A stretch of 35,889 bases of DNA. It comes from Verrucomicrobiota bacterium (GTDB lineage Bacteria > Verrucomicrobiota > Verrucomicrobiia > Limisphaerales > JAFMIX01). The notes beneath the pieces are model-generated. The model did not search any database and was not told where the DNA came from. It worked only from the letters and a program-made list of their open reading frames with translations. The DNA lies in the NCBI GenBank assembly GCA_046050965.1, contig JBJOPC010000025.1, positions 1-35,889 of the forward strand, given 5' to 3'. Position 1 is the stretch's first letter. Every line of letters begins with the position of its first letter. Positions 24,008-32,207 of this stretch are shown here, piece after piece. The translations under genes and the position numbers were made by a program.

Positions 24008-24313
24008 ATGAATTCCCTTTTGAGCCGGTTTAGTTTTGATAGCAGTAAGCTGGATTGGAAAATCTGGCTGGTGTGCGCTTTGTGCTGGCTCACCATCACC
24101 GCTTGCGGCGTGGGCAGCGTGTTCAGCCATCAATCGTCGTTCACGTCGAAGCAGCGGTTTAACTGGATTTTGCTGATTGTGCTGTTGCCGTTGGTGGGAC
24201 TGGCGTTTTACCTGCCGAAATCGTTGAAGCGTGAAGGGCCGAGTGTCCTGCGCATCGGTGATAAAAAGAAAAAGCCCAAAGGCGGCGAAGGTCGGTCAAC
24301 CGTGTCGGTTTAG
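24008..24313 (+). CDS. small membrane protein with PLD-nuclease-N-terminal-like (PLDc_N) helix pair
   Basis: 101 aa. The motif KQRFNWILLIVLLPLVGLAFYL resembles the cardiolipin-synthase N-terminal domain family. Confidence 0.5.
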   Translation: MNSLLSRFSFDSSKLDWKIWLVCALCWLTITACGVGSVFSHQSSFTSKQRFNWILLIVLLPLVGLAFYLPKSLKREGPSVLRIGDKKKKPKGGEGRSTVSV

Positions 24314-24329
24314 GTCTAACTATTTTCTC

Positions 24330-25976
24330 ATGGGTCGGCGCGCAAAATTTTCCCTCGAACTGTTGCTCACGAGTGTGTGCATGGTCGGGGTGGCGTCCGG
24401 CCAGACGGCGGTGCAACCGCTGGATGATCAGCAGCACTTGCAACCGGATGACGACCCGCTCGCGCAGCTAACGGACAAGCCGGAGTTGCCGGTGCGCCAA
24501 ATTTCTCGCCAGCCGCATACGGCGTGGCAAAATACTTTTTACAACATTGGTTCGGCCGGGCGTTTGGAGCCACAGGTCGGACATGTGCGGTTGACGCTGC
24601 CGGACATTGCGAACGCAGGATTCAACTTCCACGCGCCGTTCCTCGGCAATCACGGGGCTCCGACTAATGCCGAGGTGCAGCTCGGGCGTTTCTATTACGA
24701 CCTGACTTCGTTGTCCGTCTCGCTGCTCTACAGCGACAATGTGGAGCGCGACAATACCCAGAAACGCGGCGCGGTGCTGGGCATCATCAACCTGCGCGGG
24801 ATGGCGTATATTCAATTGCTGGAGAATTTACGGTTGTCCGCGAACCTCGGCTTTGTGGTGTTGCCGTTCAAAGGCAAGGCGGGCATCGAGGGCTTCTTGA
24901 ATGACACGGCGTCGGGCCGGTTGTTCTTCGGCGAGAGCGATCGGATGCACGCGCAACTCGCTTACGATTTGGAATTGGGCAATTGGAACTGGCTCGTTTA
25001 TGACGACCTGTCCGCGCGCCAATCCTTGTTGGGCGACCAGTTCAACGTGCAACTCGGCGATACTTTTTCTGACGAAGACCGGCAGGGACGCTACGTCATC
25101 CGCAGTCCGTTCGGCAGCGGCAATAACTATCGCGTGAACGAAACTTCCCGGCGCTATGCCGACGCCTTCGTCTATGCGGTGAACCGTGCCGGCGTCACCG
25201 CCAGCCGGATGTTGCCCACGGTCACGCGCTTGAGTGTGGGCGTGTATCGCGATGATTTTCTGTATGCCGGCGGCGACACGGCGTTCCTGCCGCGTTCGCG
25301 CGACACGGGTTTTGTCACGCTGCGGTCGGAGCGGGAAAACCTGCGGTTCAAACCGTTCGCCAGCTATCACGTCTACCGCGAAAACACCCAGGCGTGGGAC
25401 CAAGAAGCCCGCGTGGGCGTTACCGGGCCGCTCACGGAAAATATTTCGGCGACCGGCAGCGTCGGTTGGTTCATCGGCGGGCGGGTGAAGCGCGATCGCT
25501 TCCTCGTCCACGCCAGCATCCAGCACGACATCAACCCGCATCTGCGGCACGCGTTTATTTACCGGCGCGACGTGACCACGCCCGAACAGGATCTCGAAGA
25601 ATCCTACACCTACAATATTCACGGCATTCTTGGCCCCTACTTGCGCGCGGATTTATTCGTCTCCAAATTGGATTTCCAAGATTTGAACGGCAACAACACC
25701 GGCACGGACGAATGGCGCGCGGGTCTGCTGTTCACCAGTGATGTCACGTCAAAAACTTCTTTCCGTTTTGGCACGGTCTATTCGCGCATCAAATACGCGA
25801 ACTCGACCCAAGGCGAATGGGATCGCTGGACGGGCGTGGTCGAGGCACGGCACCATTTCACCGACACCTTCGAGGCGCGCGTCGGCTACCAATACCAGAC
25901 GCGCAAATCCACGCTGGTCGGCGACAGCTACGACGAGAATCTTGCCACGCTGACCATCACGAAATATTTCCATTAA
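24330..25976 (+). CDS. putative outer-membrane beta-barrel protein
   Basis: The signal peptide is MGRRAKFSLELLLTSVCMVGVASGQ. The 548 aa show alternating beta-strand character, and the aromatic C-terminus reads ...LTITKYFH. I recognise no family. Confidence 0.45.
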   Translation: MGRRAKFSLELLLTSVCMVGVASGQTAVQPLDDQQHLQPDDDPLAQLTDKPELPVRQISRQPHTAWQNTFYNIGSAGRLEPQVGHVRLTLPDIANAGFNFHAPFLGNHGAPTNAEVQLGRFYYDLTSLSVSLLYSDNVERDNTQKRGAVLGIINLRGMAYIQLLENLRLSANLGFVVLPFKGKAGIEGFLNDTASGRLFFGESDRMHAQLAYDLELGNWNWLVYDDLSARQSLLGDQFNVQLGDTFSDEDRQGRYVIRSPFGSGNNYRVNETSRRYADAFVYAVNRAGVTASRMLPTVTRLSVGVYRDDFLYAGGDTAFLPRSRDTGFVTLRSERENLRFKPFASYHVYRENTQAWDQEARVGVTGPLTENISATGSVGWFIGGRVKRDRFLVHASIQHDINPHLRHAFIYRRDVTTPEQDLEESYTYNIHGILGPYLRADLFVSKLDFQDLNGNNTGTDEWRAGLLFTSDVTSKTSFRFGTVYSRIKYANSTQGEWDRWTGVVEARHHFTDTFEARVGYQYQTRKSTLVGDSYDENLATLTITKYFH

Positions 25977-26003
25977 GCGCGGCGTCCCACCATTTCGCGC
26001 CAC

Positions 26004-26042
26004 AAAAAACGGCTGAACTTTCGTTCAGCCGTTTTGCATTTT
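26004..26042. terminator. bidirectional rho-independent terminator between convergent genes
   Basis: The stem is AACGGCTGAAC / GTTCAGCCGTT with loop TTTC. It is flanked by an A-run on the left and a T-rich run on the right, so it could serve both the + strand OMP gene and the - strand trxA. Confidence 0.7.
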
Positions 26043-26052
26043 AGAAAATGCC

Positions 26053-26391
26053 TTATAAAGCTGTATTGATGAATTCTTGGAGTGCTTTCTTTCCACCAGA
26101 AATCCCCATTTTTTGACCAATCGGTTTTCCACCTTTGAATAGGAGAAACATTGGAATTGAAGTAACGCGAAAATCTACAGCCAATTGTTGGTTTGAACCT
26201 TCGTCAATGTTCACTTTGCCGATGCGAACTTTGCCCGCGTATTCCGTAGCGAGTTCGTCCAGCACCGGCGCAATCATTTTGCACGGGCCGCACCATTCAG
26301 CCCAGAAATCCACCAGCACAGGTGCGGCGGACGAAACGACTTCCGAATTAAAATTGTCAGCAGTGAGCGTGACGACGTTGGGAGAGGCCAT
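26053..26391 (-). CDS. trxA: thioredoxin
   Basis: 112 aa with the WAEWCGPCK active site. Confidence 0.95.
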   Translation of the reverse strand: MASPNVVTLTADNFNSEVVSSAAPVLVDFWAEWCGPCKMIAPVLDELATEYAGKVRIGKVNIDEGSNQQLAVDFRVTSIPMFLLFKGGKPIGQKMGISGGKKALQEFINTAL

Positions 26392-26405
26392 AAAAAATCC
26401 GGAAA

Positions 26406-26843
26406 TTAATTCGAGCCGAACGGCAACAGAAACACGCTGCCCACCGCCGCGAGTCCGGCGAGGATGGCGACGATGGCGAGAATTTTGTCGAGTGTGCTGA
26501 CCGTGGCGGCAGCGGGCGCGGGGCGTTTGGCGGCGACGACGGGTGCGGCTCCGGGCTTGGCGGGTGCAGCGGGCGCAGCCGCCGGACGAGCGATGCTCGC
26601 GCCAGCGGGCGCGGCGGTGCTCAATGCCGGCGCGGGGCGCGCGGGCGCGGGCATTCCCGCCGGTCCACCAGCGGGACCGCCGGGCGGCAGCGCGGGTAAT
26701 TTGATGGTCGGCGCAGCGGTTGGCTTCGGCGGCAGGCTGATGCGGACGGTTTCTTTTTTTGGCTGCACCTTGCCGGTTTCTTTGCGCGGGGGCAAAGCAC
26801 CGCCGGGGCTGGAGGGAAGGCTGGGAATAGTTGGCTCGGACAT
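26406..26843 (-). CDS. Pro/Ala-rich tail-anchored membrane protein
   Basis: 145 aa of low-complexity P/A/G sequence, then a C-terminal TM helix (ILAIVAILAGLAAVGSVFLL). Function unknown. Confidence 0.45.
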   Translation of the reverse strand: MSEPTIPSLPSSPGGALPPRKETGKVQPKKETVRISLPPKPTAAPTIKLPALPPGGPAGGPAGMPAPARPAPALSTAAPAGASIARPAAAPAAPAKPGAAPVVAAKRPAPAAATVSTLDKILAIVAILAGLAAVGSVFLLPFGSN

Positions 26844-26929
26844 AAATTTTGTGGTCGGAAATTAAAGTTGCCTTGTGCGGGTGTCAAATTGTATTCCCGG
26901 AAAATGTGGACTGCGCGCAGTTACTTCAG

Positions 26930-28642
26930 CTACTTCAACAACGCTTCGGCGTGTTTGCGCGCGGCGTCACTTTGGCCGCCGAGCATTCGCGTGAGTTCGG
27001 CGACGCGAGACTTTTTATCGAGCAAGGTGATTTCCGAAGTCGTCCGTCCGTCGCGCACTTGCTTGGTCACGACGTAGTGCGCGTCGGCGGGCGCGGCGAC
27101 TTGCGGCAGGTGCGTGATGCAAATGACCTGACGTTTCGTCGCAAGCTGCTGCATCTTTTCGCCGACGGCATTGGCGGTTTCGCCGCCGACGTTCGCGTCC
27201 ACCTCATCAAAAACCAGCACGGGAATTTCGTCCTCTGCCGCGAGCACGGTTTTCAACGCCAACATCACGCGCGCCATCTCGCCGCTCGACGCAATCGCGC
27301 GCAGCGGCTTCAACGGCTCGCCGATGTTCGGGGAGAACTGGAATTCAACGGTGTCGAATCCAGAGTTGGAGGCGGAGGAGATGGGAGTTGGAAGTTGGGA
27401 GTTAGGGCTGTTGCTCCCCAACTTCCAACTCCCATCTCCTATCTCCTGTTTGATTTCAAAATGGCTTTGCTTGAAACCCAAATCCGCGAGTTGCAGCGCG
27501 GCGGCTTGGGCGAGTTTGGGAATGACCTTGGCGCGGGCGGCGGAAAGTTTCTTGCCCGCGCTCAACAGTTCGGCGTCGAGTTTTTTTAATGCGAGGTTGA
27601 GGCGCGCGAGTTCGGCGTCGCGGGATTCGAGCGCGCGGAGTTTTTCCTTGGCGTCGTCGCCGAACGCGGTGACTTCGGCTAGCGTCGCGCCGTATTTGCG
27701 CTTGAGTGTGTGGAGCAGATTCAGCCGCTCCTCCAACTCCGCGAGGCGCGCGGGATCCACGTCCACCTTGTCGGCGTAGCGGGAAATTTCCGTCTGCAAC
27801 TCGCGCAAAATTTCCGTGGCCTGCGCGTGCAGTTCGCCCAGCGGCGCCGCGCCCGCGTCCACGCGCTGCAACTCGTGCAAGGTGCGTCCGACCGCGCCGG
27901 CCTGCGTGAGCAACGAGGCGTCGGACTCGCTCAACACGTCGAGCGCGGCTTGGCTCAACTGGAGCAGCTTGGCGGCGTTGCTGGCGCGGCGAAATTCTTG
28001 TTCCACGATTTCGTCCTCGCCGGGTTGCAGGCGCGCGGTGGAAATTTCCTGCACTTGGAAACGCAGCAGATCGAGTTGTTGCGCGTAAGTTTTTTCGTCC
28101 ACGACGAGCGCGGACTTTTCGTTTTCCAACGCAGCGCGGCGGCGGACAAGTTCGCCGAATTCTTCGCGGGCTTTTTCCAACCCGCCGAACTTATCTAAAA
28201 TCAAAAGTTGTTTCGCCGGATGCAGCAGCGACTGATGGTCGTGCGGGCCGTGCATATCCACGAGCGATTCGCCGAGGCTGGCGAGGACGGCGAGCGTGGT
28301 GGCGGAGCCGTTGACGAACTGGCGATTCGTGCCGGCGGCGGTGAAGGTGCGTTTGAGCACCAGTTGATTTTCCTCGCACGGTTCGAGGCCGTTCTCGTCG
28401 AGAAAACTTTTCAACGGCGCGCGCAGTTTCGCCACCTCGAACACCGCCTCGACGCTGCAACTGTCCGCGCCGCTGCGGATAAGGGTGCGGTCGGCGCGTT
28501 GGCCGAGCACGAGGTTGAGCGCGCCGATGATGATGGATTTGCCCGCGCCGGTTTCGCCGGTGATGACGTTGCCGCCGGGCTGGAGTTCCAGCGTGAGGTC
28601 GGCCACGAGGGCGAGGTTTTTGATGCGAAGCGTCGTGAGCAT
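26930..28642 (-). CDS. recN: DNA repair protein RecN
   Basis: The ATG at 28640..28642 gives MLTTLRIKNLALVADL...ITGETGAGKSIIIGAL (Walker A). A long coiled coil follows, then the C-terminal signature ASSGEMARVMLAL and Walker B (VLVFDEVD). Confidence 0.92.
   Translation of the reverse strand: MLTTLRIKNLALVADLTLELQPGGNVITGETGAGKSIIIGALNLVLGQRADRTLIRSGADSCSVEAVFEVAKLRAPLKSFLDENGLEPCEENQLVLKRTFTAAGTNRQFVNGSATTLAVLASLGESLVDMHGPHDHQSLLHPAKQLLILDKFGGLEKAREEFGELVRRRAALENEKSALVVDEKTYAQQLDLLRFQVQEISTARLQPGEDEIVEQEFRRASNAAKLLQLSQAALDVLSESDASLLTQAGAVGRTLHELQRVDAGAAPLGELHAQATEILRELQTEISRYADKVDVDPARLAELEERLNLLHTLKRKYGATLAEVTAFGDDAKEKLRALESRDAELARLNLALKKLDAELLSAGKKLSAARAKVIPKLAQAAALQLADLGFKQSHFEIKQEIGDGSWKLGSNSPNSQLPTPISSASNSGFDTVEFQFSPNIGEPLKPLRAIASSGEMARVMLALKTVLAAEDEIPVLVFDEVDANVGGETANAVGEKMQQLATKRQVICITHLPQVAAPADAHYVVTKQVRDGRTTSEITLLDKKSRVAELTRMLGGQSDAARKHAEALLK
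27377..27446. repeat. strong hairpin element (heptamer family) inside the recN CDS
   Basis: The left arm GGAGATGGGAGTTGGAAGTTGGGAG (27377-27401) pairs with the right arm CTCCCCAACTTCCAACTCCCATCTCC (27414-27439), giving 25 bp with one bulged base. The loop is TTAGGGCTGTTG, and a trailing extra unit TATCTCC follows. It is translated in frame as GDGSWKLGSNSPNSQLPTPISS. Confidence 0.9.
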
Positions 28643-28726
28643 GAAAATGTCTGCGCGCAATCTGGCGACGCCACGCGACTTCGGCAAAAAGAAAATGCCG
28701 AGACCTATCTGATAACCGAACGGAAA

Positions 28727-29023
28727 CTAGCCTTTGATCAGAACCGCCTTGTGCTTCTTCATGAATTTCAAAAGCGTGGCGATGGAGGCGATAGCGGTGG
28801 GGGTGCGGATGGCGGTGGGCTTGGCGAGTTTGTAGTGGACGAGGAGTTTGCCGACCATCTCGACTTTGAGTTGTTCGTCGCCGAGTCGCCAGAGTTGGCC
28901 GTCGGCGAGCGTGACGGGTTTTGCGCGTGGCGCGGCGACGCGTTTGGCTGCCGCAGTGGCAGGACGGGCAGAAGATTTGACGACGCGACGCTTGGCAGGA
29001 CGAACCAATTTTTTCACAGGCAT
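28727..29023 (-). CDS. small basic hypothetical protein
   Basis: 98 aa from the ATG at 29021..29023. A Lys/Arg/Ala-rich N-terminus (MPVKKLVRPAKRRVVKSSARP...) is followed by a compact C-terminal domain. I recognise no family. Confidence 0.4.
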   Translation of the reverse strand: MPVKKLVRPAKRRVVKSSARPATAAAKRVAAPRAKPVTLADGQLWRLGDEQLKVEMVGKLLVHYKLAKPTAIRTPTAIASIATLLKFMKKHKAVLIKG

Positions 29024-29075
29024 GGCGCAGTGTGCCGAAGATACGGCAGGAAAGCGCGCTAAATCTTCAAGAGAA

Positions 29076-32000
29076 TTATGCTGGCTTGGCCGCGAGCAAC
29101 AGCCGGTTGGAACCGCGCCCGGTTTCACGGCGGATCTCCACATCCGCAAAACCAGCGGCGCACAGCAGCGCACGGTGCGTCGGCTCGTCGGTGAAATGCA
29201 GGCCGTGGTGCGTGCGGTTCTGGCCGAGACGCACGGCGATTTTTTCCCAGCGCGTCACGGTGCGGTGCGCGGAAGTTTCTTCGGCCATCGCGTCGCGCAA
29301 GACGAGCCGACCGCCGGGACGCAACGCGGCGAAAATTCTTTGCAGCAACTCCGCCTTCACGGCGTCGGGGAAATAATGCAGCACGTCGCCGAGCAGCGCG
29401 GTGTCGCACGGCGGGAATTCTGCGCCGTCGAGCAGGTCGCGGTGCGCGAAGGTCGTCTGCTGATTCGTGCGCGCGACGGCCTGGGCAACGCGGATTTTTT
29501 CCGCGTCGAAATCCACGCCGAGCACGCGCCGCTCCGGCGCGGCGAGCGTGAGCCATTGCGCCATGAGGCCGTAGCCGCAACCCACGTCAAGGATTTCACC
29601 GCGCATCGGAACCGCCGCGTCCACGGCCACGAAGAGCGGGTCGGTCTTCATTTTCCAGAACGCGAAGTGCGAGATATACGCGCCTTGCAAGCGGTAGCGG
29701 CGACTCACGGCACGGAGTTTTTCTGCGGGCGTCGGCGCGGTGAGTTGCGGTCGCTGTGAATATTTTTTCGCCAGCCAGCGCACGGATGGCGGCACCAGGA
29801 ACAGCGTGGCGAGTAGACTGAAACTGATGCCCAACAGCGCGGTCAGCCCCACGGAAAACAAAGCCGGATGCCGCGCGAGCACCAGCACGCCCGTGCCGAG
29901 CAGCGACGTCAGCGCGCAGAGCGTCACCGCGCCGCCAGTGGCCGCCGCGCGGTCAGGTTGGCCGCGCACCGCCTCCAGTTCGCTCAAGACCTGAAACAAA
30001 CTGTAATCACCGCCCACGCCTACGACGAAGATGACGAAAATAAAATTCGCCACGTCCACGCGCAGGCCGAGCAGACCGAGTGCGCCGAGCGTCCAAAAAA
30101 TTCCCGCCGCCATCGGCAGCAGCGTCACCAACACCAGTTCCCAGCGTCCGAGCAGCAGGAAAATCAGCAGCGCGTTCAACGCCGCCACGCCCACGGCGAA
30201 CCACGGCAACGCCCGGCGCGCGACCGCGGTGATCTCGTCGCCGAGCGCGACTTTATTCAGCAACCGCGCGCCGGGCACGGCGGCTTGCACCGCGTCGCGC
30301 GTCTGGTGAAACCGCGTTGTGTCGGTGGTCTTGACCAGCGTGGCGAGGTAAAATTTTCCGTCTGACGCGTTGCAAAATTCCCCCGTCAGCCGTGTCAACG
30401 CCGGGTTGGCCGGAGCCGCGCCGTCGTCAAAATGCCGGAGTCGTTCGAGCCACGGCGCGAATAATTCCGTGCGGAAACCCAGCCCGCTCGCGGTGGAATT
30501 CAGCGCGTCCGCCAACGCCGCGTCGCGCGTGGGCGTCCAGAACGCGCGCCAGGCATTTTGGTTCGCCGCGCGCGTCGCCGCCGACGGCAGCAACGGAGCG
30601 ACGGATGAAAATGTTTCGATGACTTTTTCTGCGCGCAGTTTTTCCAGCACGGCCGCCACACGTTCGTTGTCCGCGAGCGCCGCGTCGCGCGTCGCGCCGC
30701 TGACGACTACGGTGGTCAGCGCGAGCGAACGTCCCCACGCTTGCTTGAAGGTTTCGTCGTCGCGCCGCGTCGCGGGCGTCACGCCGTTCAACCGCGCGAT
30801 GTCGCCGTCAAATCCTACCCGCGCCACGCCCGCCGCGCAGATGAGGCTGAAGCCGAGCAGCGCGGGCAGCACGATTTTTTGCCGCCGTTCTCGCCACTGA
30901 AAAATTTTCCCCAGCAGCCCGGTCAGCGGCAGCGGGCGGGCGTGGGGAAAAGTTTTCACCGGGATGAACAACGGCAGCACGAGCAGCGCGAACACCGCCG
31001 CCGCACCCACGCCCACCGCACCGAACAGGCCAAGCTGCCGGTGGCCGCCCACGGGTGATGCGAACATGACGAAGAACGCCGCCATGGTCGTGAGCGCGCC
31101 GAAGGTGAGTGATGGAATCAGCCCGGCGACTTCGCGGGCGAGCGTGGCGCGGTCGCTCGGCGGCGTGTCGTCGAGCCGGTAGATTACGCAGATGCCGTAG
31201 TCCACCGTGACGCCGATGAGCATGCTGCCGCAGCCGAGCGCGACGGCGGAGACGAGGTCGCCGGTAATTTGCAGCGCCGCAAATCCCGCGAGCGCACCGA
31301 CCGCCGGTGGCAGCAAGCCGAGCAAGGCGAGCCAGCGCCGTCGCCACGAAGCGAACATGAGCGCGGCGATGGCGAGCGTGGCGATGGTGCTGGTGCGCGC
31401 AATGTCGGTGCGGATGATGTTGAGATTGTCGAGCGCGGCGCGGTGCGCACCGGCAATGGAAATTTTCACCGCGCCCGGCGGGAAATTTTTCTCCACGTCG
31501 CGCGCGGCGGCGAGCACGGCGGCGACGAGCGCGGTGCTACGCCCGGTGTCGGACGAGCGGAAATCTGGCGTGGCGTTGACGAGCACGTGGCAGCCGTCGG
31601 CGCTGGTCACGCGGCCCCCGACGAGTTGGGCATCGCCCGCGCCCGCCTGCAACGCGCGGAGTCGCGCGGCCACGGCGTCGCCAAGCCCGGCGGGGTCGGC
31701 GAGCGCGACGTTTTTGAAGGCGAGACCTTGCGGCTGTTGCATGGATTTTTTCAGCCACGCGAGCCGGGCGGTGAGGTTGGTGGCGGTGATTTTATTTTCG
31801 AGCGCGGCGAGTTCGGCAGAGTTGAGCAGCGAGGGGAGTTGCGCCTGCAATTCTTCGTAGGCCACGCCAACTTCGGCTAGGTCGAGTTCGCCGCGCACGT
31901 CGCCGAGGTGCGGAATTCCGCGCAGCGCGGCGGTCAACTGGTCGGCGGCGGCGGCGAGCGTGTCGGGCGCGGGTTGCGCGGTGGCGACGTCGAAATAAAT

Positions 32001-32207
32001 CCGCTCGGCCTGGCGCAGATGGCGGAGTGCCTCAAATTGTCCGGCAATTTCTGGCGCGGCCAGCGGCAGCACGTCGGTGAAATCTTCGTTCATGTGCAAG
32101 CGCGCGCCAAGCAGGCCAACGCCTGCGCCGCCGGCGAGCAGCAGCGCGAGGACGGTTCCGCGTCGATGCGCGAGCCAGAGATGGAGTTGGACGAAGCGCG
32201 CGGTCAT
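29076..32207 (-). CDS. MMPL/RND-like exporter fused to a C-terminal class I SAM-dependent methyltransferase
   Basis: 1043 aa. Two TM bundles carry RND/MMPL-type motifs (IGVTVDYGICVIY and VVGVGGDYSLF). The last ~250 aa have methyltransferase motif I (ILDVGCGYG) and a post-I acidic residue (VLGVDFD). The ATG overlaps the upstream stop (ATGA at 32204-32207). Confidence 0.8.
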   Translation of the reverse strand: MTARFVQLHLWLAHRRGTVLALLLAGGAGVGLLGARLHMNEDFTDVLPLAAPEIAGQFEALRHLRQAERIYFDVATAQPAPDTLAAAADQLTAALRGIPHLGDVRGELDLAEVGVAYEELQAQLPSLLNSAELAALENKITATNLTARLAWLKKSMQQPQGLAFKNVALADPAGLGDAVAARLRALQAGAGDAQLVGGRVTSADGCHVLVNATPDFRSSDTGRSTALVAAVLAAARDVEKNFPPGAVKISIAGAHRAALDNLNIIRTDIARTSTIATLAIAALMFASWRRRWLALLGLLPPAVGALAGFAALQITGDLVSAVALGCGSMLIGVTVDYGICVIYRLDDTPPSDRATLAREVAGLIPSLTFGALTTMAAFFVMFASPVGGHRQLGLFGAVGVGAAAVFALLVLPLFIPVKTFPHARPLPLTGLLGKIFQWRERRQKIVLPALLGFSLICAAGVARVGFDGDIARLNGVTPATRRDDETFKQAWGRSLALTTVVVSGATRDAALADNERVAAVLEKLRAEKVIETFSSVAPLLPSAATRAANQNAWRAFWTPTRDAALADALNSTASGLGFRTELFAPWLERLRHFDDGAAPANPALTRLTGEFCNASDGKFYLATLVKTTDTTRFHQTRDAVQAAVPGARLLNKVALGDEITAVARRALPWFAVGVAALNALLIFLLLGRWELVLVTLLPMAAGIFWTLGALGLLGLRVDVANFIFVIFVVGVGGDYSLFQVLSELEAVRGQPDRAAATGGAVTLCALTSLLGTGVLVLARHPALFSVGLTALLGISFSLLATLFLVPPSVRWLAKKYSQRPQLTAPTPAEKLRAVSRRYRLQGAYISHFAFWKMKTDPLFVAVDAAVPMRGEILDVGCGYGLMAQWLTLAAPERRVLGVDFDAEKIRVAQAVARTNQQTTFAHRDLLDGAEFPPCDTALLGDVLHYFPDAVKAELLQRIFAALRPGGRLVLRDAMAEETSAHRTVTRWEKIAVRLGQNRTHHGLHFTDEPTHRALLCAAGFADVEIRRETGRGSNRLLLAAKPA

